Below are positions 34,301 through 42,014 of a stretch of DNA of 42,014 nucleotides, piece by piece. The stretch spans positions 95,568,695-95,610,708 of the forward strand of contig NC_068986.1 in the NCBI RefSeq assembly GCF_001194135.2. The letters run 5' to 3'. Source of the DNA: Octopus bimaculoides (taxonomy: Eukaryota). The number at the start of each line of letters is the position of its first letter. Position 1 is the stretch's first letter. The notes under the pieces are model-generated. The model was not told the origin of the DNA. It saw only the letters and a list, made by a program, of their open reading frames with translations, and ran no database searches. A program made the translations under genes and the position numbers.

Positions 34301-35455
34301 TCAGTGTATATCAGCTACCGTCTGCACCACTTCTGCTTCTTCTTTCGTCTCTGAGGATACACCAATCATCGTCATATCACCATCGGAGAAATTACTAGAA
34401 CGAGACATCGGACAGGGAACCAATTCTCCGAAACGTTTGAAATCTACATTCCAGTGACCGTTTTTCTTATCAAACTGGTTGGCATGAGCAAATCTGTATC
34501 CCCAAACAATCTCTTCAGCAATGTAGGACGTCTTCACTTGACACATCTCTCCAGTTGACTCGATCACTCCGTTAATCCACACAAGAAGCTCGATTTTCTT
34601 GACGAGCAGATCTTCCCGGTTAAGACAGAAGAAAGGGCTGGCATCCGTTATATAGTGCGTCAAAATAACCGGCCACATTAAAAACACGTTACTGCCAACG
34701 TTGTTTATTTCAAAGTCCACTTTGACTTGATAGAGAGGATGGACGAAACCCTCAAGCGTCACGTACTCGGCGACCAGCATGCCACCAACTTTAGCATTGA
34801 TGAGGTGGGTATGTCGAAGATCGGCCACCTGAATCTGTAACACTGGATGCCCGTTCTCGCAACACATACACGCTTTGCAGCTGAACATCACTGTATTTGA
34901 ACGGTTCTTTGGACGAACCAGCTTGGCGAATACAAACCCCAATGAGATCGCTTCGAGAATAAAACCAATGAGGACTTGAAAGAAGAGCGTTGGAATCGTA
35001 CCAGCACAATCAGTGCTGGGGTACATGAACCCGTAACCAATTGTTGTTTGAGTTTCAACAGAAAACAAGAAAAAATCTGCAAACGTTTCCAGGTCTGGGA
35101 GGCAAGGTTTCGAATTAGAATCGTTCGAGTTGAAGTCGCCGTGTATGTAGGAGTTCAGCCACCAAATCACAGCAAATGCAATAAAAGTGATAGCATGAGA
35201 GGAGAGGAAGACTAGAATAGCCCAATGCCATCGCATTTCAAGAATGGTGTTGTAATAATCCTTGATAAAACTGAAACGATGCTTTTCGAGGCCTTTCCGG
35301 TCGATAAGAGAATTGCCTGCTTTGGTGAGAAGAAAATGACCTGGATCTTCGCCTGTCTTTTCATTGATACAGTTTAAGTATTTACAAAAATAATTCCATA
35401 TTCCACCCAAAAAGTAATTTCTGTTCGTCGGTTTATCTGTGTTTTGGTTAACCAT
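34301..35455 (-). CDS. Inward-rectifier potassium channel 'Kir-A', 384 aa, single coding exon
   Basis: Intact ORF with RWHW before M1, paired extracellular Cys, ETQTTIGYG filter, M2, KLVRPKNR, DLRHTHL, SPF and TSY...EI.WGYRF cytoplasmic motifs. Good Kozak context (aataATGg). Confidence 0.97.
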   Translation of the reverse strand: MVNQNTDKPTNRNYFLGGIWNYFCKYLNCINEKTGEDPGHFLLTKAGNSLIDRKGLEKHRFSFIKDYYNTILEMRWHWAILVFLSSHAITFIAFAVIWWLNSYIHGDFNSNDSNSKPCLPDLETFADFFLFSVETQTTIGYGFMYPSTDCAGTIPTLFFQVLIGFILEAISLGFVFAKLVRPKNRSNTVMFSCKACMCCENGHPVLQIQVADLRHTHLINAKVGGMLVAEYVTLEGFVHPLYQVKVDFEINNVGSNVFLMWPVILTHYITDASPFFCLNREDLLVKKIELLVWINGVIESTGEMCQVKTSYIAEEIVWGYRFAHANQFDKKNGHWNVDFKRFGELVPCPMSRSSNFSDGDMTMIGVSSETKEEAEVVQTVADIH

Positions 35456-35510
35456 TATTGAGACTTGAATTTGATGTCTATCAATTCTTTATCTTGGGGG
35501 TTTAGAGTTA

Positions 35511-35540
35511 CTTTTAAAAAATGAAAGGAAAAAAAAATCA
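35511..35540 (-). promoter_or_regulatory. Candidate 3' splice acceptor of a Kir-A 5'-UTR intron
   Basis: On minus, a T-rich tract then AG lies 55 nt upstream of the ATG, with an in-frame stop between them. Confidence 0.55.
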
Positions 35541-36839
35541 GCAGACACTTAATTTAGTGCAAGCACCATTTTAAATTCTTAATCGGAATGCGTGATTTAT
35601 AATTTCTACTGATGAATGGATTAAACGTAATCTAAAGATTAATAAAGAACCAAGAAAAAATAACGTTTGTTGAAGTTTTTTTAAAACCTCAAATAATCAT
35701 GTTCAATTCCGATTAAACAAATAAATCTACTCTCTCTCCTCTAAAGATTTAATCAATACGTACTAATAAAGCGTTCTATCTGGCCAAGATACTCACATAG
35801 CTGTCGACAGTCGAATTTAGTTGTAATTATAATATCACAAAGAGGTAGAGTCCATTGGATCGCCAACTTACAAATATCGCCTCCATTTCCCATTTCCACC
35901 CACTCCCAAAACTATTACTGAAATTTTTCTTTCTTTGCCATGATGTTGGACAAGTTTAAAAAGTTTTAAACCATCTTAAACTTATTAAGCAAAGCAATTT
36001 GTCTTCCCCTTTTTCAATCTTCACAGCTCCATCTTCACCTTTATGAGAAATTTTGGTATAGTCCACCTGGGAAGTAGCAGTATCAATACGAAGAAATGTA
36101 AGGTTAAGAAGATCATGTGCAATCACGTGATTCCGGATTCGATCCTATCGGACGACAGCACCTTGGGCAAATGTCTTCTAGGCATGACCTCGAGAATCAA
36201 GGTTTGTCAGTGCAGTTGGGTAGCTGAAAACTGGATGCACTGCACTTATTGGCTCATCGCCCAAAGCATTCACACCAAGTCTACGATATGAGAATGACTC
36301 GATATTTTAATACATTGTTGTTTATGGCAACAATCTATGAGAAGTTGAGAAGTCAGGTGAGATATTTGAACACTATAGACAGATACAGGTATACCAAATA
36401 TCATAGAAAATAAAATCGTGATTTATAAAAATTATCACCGCCTCTAGAGGATGTGTCATGAATTACCAAACGGCAATTAAAGACCATCCATCAAAAACAG
36501 TCTCTTAATTACAAATTCAGGATCCAGATGGAAGGGAACATTGTCAGAAGCCGATCAAAGTAGATTTTCTCTTTCCCATAATTGTTTATCAGATCCAAAG
36601 AATAATTTTGAACTCGGGAATATGTAATAACGAAGGTTAACATAAACTTCTTTTTCCATATCACAAATGGTCGATGGAGCAGATATTTACTTCTGGTCTC
36701 CACGCCAGATAACTCTCTTCCAGAATGAGTCTTGGTATTTTGCCATAGGAAAAATTGAACTCAATACTCCAAATTTATACATCATTTGCCAGTTGTACAA
36801 CAGTTCCAAGGTACCCACTTTAGGTATACAAATATGAGT

Positions 36840-37290
36840 AATCACCTACAACAGAAGTAGCAGCTAAATTTACTTAAATTACACCCTACCGTCTTTAGAA
36901 AAGGACACACTGGATAAGGTAGTTCTAGATATACTAAAAAAAATGATCGACAAGGCTGAAATGTCTTTAACCATAGGTTTGCTTGATCAGGCCTAACCTG
37001 GGACTAAATAGCAACACACATAGATGACAAAAAAGTAACAGAAATACACTAGAGTTCACGTAGACATCACACCGAACTAACAGGGGAGCCTCTACGTATG
37101 CGTTTGATCTGACAAAAATAACAACTCTCTCTCTCTCTCTCTCTCAAATCACATCTTATCTTAAATCGGAAAGGACACATTGGATAATGTAGTTCTTAAT
37201 ACAAAATCTCTGAAGTAGAAGGCAGGAATGCATTTCGTCATAGCTCTGTTTTATCAGGACTGATTTGGAGCTAAACAACAACAGGTACAA
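36840..37290 (-). repeat. Two copies of repeat family 'F' (others at about 11700-12060, 19490-19660, 21845-22030 and inside the duplication)
   Basis: Shared aaggacaca.tggataa.gtagttct ... atcagg.ct.a..tgg..ctaaa motifs. Confidence 0.6.
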
Positions 37291-37330
37291 CATTTAGTCA
37301 ATACAGAAACAACAGCATTAATGCAGACCA

Positions 37331-37645
37331 GCACTCCGTCGGTTACGACGACGAGGGTTCCAGTCGATCTGATCAACGGAACAGCCTGCTCGTGAAATTA
37401 ACGTGCAAGTGACTGAGCAATCCACAGATACGTGTACCCCTAACGTAGTTCTCAGGGAGATTCAGCGTAACACAGTGTGACAAGGCCGGCCCTTTGAAAT
37501 ACAGGTACTACTCATTTTTACCAGCTGAGTGGACTGGAGCAACGTGAAATAAAATGTCTTGCTCAAGGACACAACGCATCGCTGAGAATTGAACTCACGA
37601 CCTTACGATCGTGAGCCGAATGTCCTAACCACTAAGCCACGCGCC
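37331..37645 (-). mobile_element. tRNA-headed SINE sharing the family 'C' 3' tail but with a different body
   Basis: On minus: gcgcgtggcttagtggttagg...gagttcaattc...ttgtgtccttgagcaagac, then the C-type tail gcacgttaatttcacgagcagg...gacggagtgc. Confidence 0.8.
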
Positions 37646-38173
37646 TTTACCAATTCAGACCAATATATTAGATAAATCACAGAATTAAGCCTGATCTACC
37701 TGGCTGTACCAATAATAAACTGTGATGAACACAGAGCAATATATTGTCTATCATCAGTGGAGGCTGTAAAACAAATCATGAACATAGAGAAATAAAAATA
37801 CTTAAAATGAATGACCACTTACCTAGACATGCTGAGAGCAAAGTCTGTTGTATCAAGCTCCAAGACACCTCATGTTTAGTAACTCCATGTATACGCTGAT
37901 ATGTCTACAATCCCATCAGAACTCAATCCCTCCTATGCGATCCTAACCTTCTTAACCTCAAGCACTGTACTGCAACGTACAACAGCCCAGAGAAACAGGA
38001 CATTCTTTCTTTTATGCTCTCACAAAGCTTGACTTCTTTCTGTCGACTAACAAAACCCACTGGCTGAAAGATCGAGTAGCGAAGAAGTTTATATGCAGTC
38101 TCTCGGCTAGAAAAAGCACTCACAACAGCCTTCAAATCACACCCTGTCATCTTGAATAAAGAATACATTAGAC

Positions 38174-38448
38174 CAGGGGGTTTTCAAACTGTGGTCCGCG
38201 GACCACAGGGGGTCCGTGGACAGCAAATACTTTTTATGGGCAATTTGATTTTATATATGTTTTTTAATCGAAATCTTTTAATTGACAATGAACCTATTTG
38301 TTAAATACTGTTAAATAAATAAATGTAAAAATATGTTATTTTAAGCAAATATTTATGTATAAATTTCATAAGCGTTTATAAGAGGGTCCCTAAAGTAAAG
38401 CCTGAAATACAAAGGGGGTCCGCAAGTCGAAAAGTTTGAAAACCCCTG
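38174..38448. mobile_element. hAT (Charlie-like) MITE, 275 bp, with 8-bp TSD
   Basis: TIR cagggggttttcaaact / agtttgaaaacccctg; perfect TSD cattagac at 38166-38173 and 38449-38456. Confidence 0.93.
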
Positions 38449-39353
38449 CATTAGACAATGTAGTCTCTGGTATTCGTATAGAAAGACGCGGTAGTCAATC
38501 TGGAACGTCTTTGATTTTATATCTGCTTGGTGGCTAACTTGGGGCTAAAAACAGCAGAACAAATGTAATATATCCATACAGTACTTCTTTTCGGTAATCC
38601 ATATCATGTAGAAGTGCACAGTATGGTCCTTAGGTGGATGGAGGTAGAGTATATTGGAAAAGCATGATCTGTGGATCGTACTCTACTGTTCGAGGAACGA
38701 TCTATATGTCATGGGTCTTTTCGGTGAGGGACCTGGAGGAATTAAACAACTTTAACCTCGGTGAAATGATCCGTAAAGAGTTGGAGTTTTATACCTGAAC
38801 ATTGCGTAGTGCCGCTGATAGGTTACGAACCGATAACCTTTCGTTTCGATCCAAGAAATCAATAAATATAAGAGTATCTATAAAAATGGTCACTCAAGTT
38901 TAATTGAAAATGAAGGTCAAGAAGAAACTTCCTTCAACCAGTTTCCATCCCACACTATCACCATTTTAAAAACAATATAATTGTAAGATAACATACGAGG
39001 GAACAAGTGCACAGCTATCAAAGGACGAGATCTTGAAATCTTTACGATCAAATAAAAGACACGGAAATAGTCGTAAAGCGCCTTCAGATAATATCCACAC
39101 GGGAAGTGGGAGTGTACTTTCGAACATTGAAACGTGCGGGTGTGCTCAAAAAATGGTTATGCCTCACATAAAACAGAATAAAACCAAATTAGATTAAAAT
39201 ATAACGATTCACACATACAAAACTCAACATGTTTCTGGAGAAAGAAAAAAAACACAGCTGGTAAAATAAGGGAAATATTTTAATTGTTTTCTTCTACCAC
39301 TAAGCCTTAAAATACACAACGTAGACAATCGATTCGAAGACTGAGGAACAATT

Positions 39354-40019
39354 ATGGAAAATATATCTATGAGGAAGAATTCAAAACGTCACATTTACTG
39401 TGAATCTGAATCTGTGACTGAAACGGCAACAACGGATAGAAAAATGAGACATTTATGTCACTATTTTTTCACACAATGTTTGAAATATTTTCGCAGAAAT
39501 CCCCTTCAACAAAAACGCAAAGCTCTAGTAAACAAATCTGGTCAGTACAGTATAAACTACAGAGGACGGAAACCCATCTTCTTTATCAAGGATTTCTATC
39601 TGACTTTGCTTGATCTCCAGTGGCGATGGGCAATTCTTGCATTTTTCATTATGTACTTTACGATATTTATTTTTTTCACTCTCGCTTGGTTCGCCGTTTG
39701 CTGGATCAATGGCGATTTTATTCACTTGGGAGATCCGAGTTATGAACCGTGTGTCAAAGGGGTGACCAGCTTCATAGGTTTACTTCTTTTCTCTATTGAG
39801 ACACAGACTTCAATCGGGTACGGTTTCGTTTATCCAAACACGTCCTGCGTCGGTTCCTTGGTCATTCTGTTTTTCCAAATAACAGTTGGACTCATCGCGG
39901 AAACTTTTCTACTCACCTACATTGTATCCAAGTTTTTTCGACCTTCCAAACGAGCTAAAACAATTCGCTTCAGCGAAAATGCGGTGATTTGTCAAGAGGA
40001 TGGCATACTTTGTCTCCAG
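39354..40019 (+). CDS. Inward-rectifier potassium channel 'Kir-B', first coding exon (222 codons); remainder not in window
   Basis: ALVNKSG...KDFYLTLLDLQWRW-M1-INGD-C-ETQTSIGYG-C-M2-KFFRPSKRAKTIRFSENAVI..DGILCLQ. Homology stops exactly at CAG|GTAAGT (40020). The ORF-track tail to 40097 is intronic read-through. Confidence 0.9.
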
Positions 40020-40617
40020 GTAAGTGTTTCAATCCTATTTTATGAAATTCCACAACTTTTAGCCTTCAAACCATTTATTTTCCGCTTTTTAATTTAAAGA
40101 GAATTTATTACTTTTACTTTTTCTTAACCTTAAAATAAGTTGTATAACACTTTTAAAATCTGTGATATTGTTTGAAGACGGAAAAATGTGTAAAATATTG
40201 TGTAATCTTATAAAGATTCATATGAAACAACTTAATAGAAAGCAATCAAATGTCCCTCCCAATTCTACGTGTGTAGTAGTTGGGGTTTCTGCCCGATGCT
40301 TTTTGATCATCTCCACATTGGAGCATTCGAGAAATCCAGTTGCTACCTGTCAAACAGCTGGTCTAAGAAGGTCGACTTATCTCGAGATACAGGTCTTTCT
40401 GAAATATCCCCACTCCATTCACTGTCATTTCAGGTCGGCTAAATATGGCTTTTCACCTGTAGGAAGTCACCATCCACTTTATTGGGAGGTATTGGATAAG
40501 AGCGGCACGTCAAAGATGTGACAGCTAGACGGAGAGCGAAAGAGCTGCACCAACGGATGCCATTTTGTTCAATAGTTGAAATTCTGTCGGACACTTCTAA
40601 ACGGTTTGACGTTATCT

Positions 40618-41000
40618 ATGAATGTTTGGAAGGTTATACTTCCAAAAATATAAGACCCTCCACGGTGATGTTTCTTACTCCATCCTTAGTTTTTATATAA
40701 ATTTCTTTATACATCTACCCACATTTTGTAACACTAGTTAAATCAAAGTTCAACTAGGATTACACAACAGAAGTTTACCTGCCTCTCGTGCCAACGAAGG
40801 AACCTTTACGTGGTTGCTCAACCTATGGGAAATAATAGCCAGATCACATCCAATTATCTTAAAACAGGACACATTGGGTAATTAAAGTAGTCCAAGATGC
40901 AGTCTGTGAAAAAAATGAAAATACAAAGATGGCTACGATAAAAACACTTTTGACCAGAATCATAGACGAGACAAGCTTAACAAGCATTATCTACGTTTAG
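40618..41000 (+). repeat. Local duplication, copy 2 (inside the Kir-B intron)
   Basis: See copy 1 at 33839-34226. Confidence 0.95.
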
Positions 41001-41850
41001 ACCAGTTTAAGGCATTCGATAGGGTTGACCATCGGTATCTGGCGGCGGTCGGACTGGGCCCGACTTTTCGTGGATGGATTAATGCTATATCGACTCAGTC
41101 GTCCGGGTGAACGGCTTCTTCTCGAAGCCGTTCGCGATCGAGCGTTCATTTCGCCAGGGCTGCCCCGTCCCGCTTCTGTATGTATTGGCTCTTGAGCCAC
41201 TGCTGCGAAGGTTGGAGGCCACGGAGGAAGACCTGCGTGATCTATGTTATAGTAGAGGAGCGACAGCATATGCGGATGATGTCACCATCGTCGTGTCTGA
41301 TGAAGGGCAGCTACCTCGTGTAGAAGACTCCATCAAAAGATACGAAGCGGTGGCAGGAGCAAAAGTTGACCGGAAAAAATCAGTCGGCTTTCAACTCAGC
41401 ACCTGGAGGGGCAAGTCGACGCCTCCCAACAGCGTCGTGGGGCGTTGGACGGAGGGCCCGGTTAGACTGCTCGGAGTCTGGTTATCGACTATCATCAAGA
41501 TTGTACCGCCTCCCTTCTTTAACAAAGAAAAGGAGAAAAACTGAAGCGAGGTCACAAGCAAGGTGACGGCCATAACCCAGACCTGGTGTGGAAGGACGCT
41601 ATCCTTGCTAGGAAGGGCCGAGGTTGCACAGGTGTTTATAGCATCTGTGATAACCTACCGCCTAACCGTCGTACCTTGCCCCGGTGTGTGGCTTACCAAG
41701 CTGGAATGGATCCTTTTCCGCTTTTTGTAGAATGGGAAACCACCACTTGTGAGGCGCTCCATCTGCTGCCAGAAACCGTTAAAGGGTGGGTTACGGATGA
41801 CTTGGTTGATGATGTGCAAGTATGCGCTGAGGCTGAGACATCTCTGGCAT
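40997..41850 (+). mobile_element. 5'-truncated, decayed Tx1/L1-clade LINE ORF2 (RT and downstream)
   Basis: LDQFKAFDRVDHRYL...RQGCPVPLLYVLALEPLL...YADDVTIVV...YEAVAGAKVDRKKS...LLGVW...GRAEV...YRL...SICCQKPLKGGL, with frameshifts and stops. Confidence 0.9.
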
Positions 41851-42014
41851 GAACCACAGGGAAATGTGTTCTGTGTATCACATAATTCACAGGACATGCA
41901 TGAATACAGCAAGGTACAAAAATTTGAATAGGAAAACTAAAGAATGAATGATTATAACTAGACGTTTTATCATACGGCTTTGGATCAGGGTTGACGCGGA
42001 ACTAAGCATCATAA

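Noticed and set aside
34263-35215. Antisense or alternate-frame ORFs overlapping Kir-A
   Set aside because: They are short shadows of the real CDS with no recognisable motifs.
40020-40097. C-terminal 25 aa of the 247-aa ORF as genuine Kir sequence
   Set aside because: It starts at a consensus donor, is AT-rich and has no Kir homology.
40420-40530. Acceptors at 40433 and 40462 as Kir-B exon 2
   Set aside because: In phase 0 they give VG* and a short non-Kir peptide; the nearby RKS resemblance is too weak.

Overview
This is AT-rich, repeat-dense animal genomic DNA with six assembly gaps (N runs). The repeat families and microsatellite load suggest a coleoid cephalopod, probably Octopus; that is an inference. 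Three protein-coding loci are supported. (1) A complete 11-exon TRMT44 (tRNA uracil-2'-O-methyltransferase) on + from 8458 to 30083, spliced by hand with GT-AG introns and matching phases, giving 706 aa with a SAM motif (DLGCGNG) and a C-terminal CCCH finger. (2) An inward-rectifier K+ channel, 'Kir-A', with a single coding exon on - (35455-34301). (3) A divergently oriented second Kir, 'Kir-B', on + whose first coding exon (39354-40019) ends at a canonical splice donor; its continuation is not in the window. Both Kir proteins lack the pore arginine that follows GYG in nearly all Kir channels. Kir-A reads GYGFMYPSTDC, close to vertebrate Kir7.1 as I recall it. Kir-B reads TSIGYGFVYP, with further substitutions in the filter and gate. 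A 388-bp segment just downstream of the Kir-A stop is duplicated at about 94-95% identity inside the Kir-B intron, abutting a 5'-truncated Tx1/L1-type LINE. The rest is transposon-derived: tRNA-headed SINEs, RTE-type 3' tails, two mariner relics, hAT-, Mutator- and piggyBac-like MITEs with readable target-site duplications, a degenerate RT, and several inverted-repeat structures that could be ADAR substrates. There are no CRISPR, rRNA or bona fide tRNA genes. Coordinates were read by eye; repeat boundaries are approximate.
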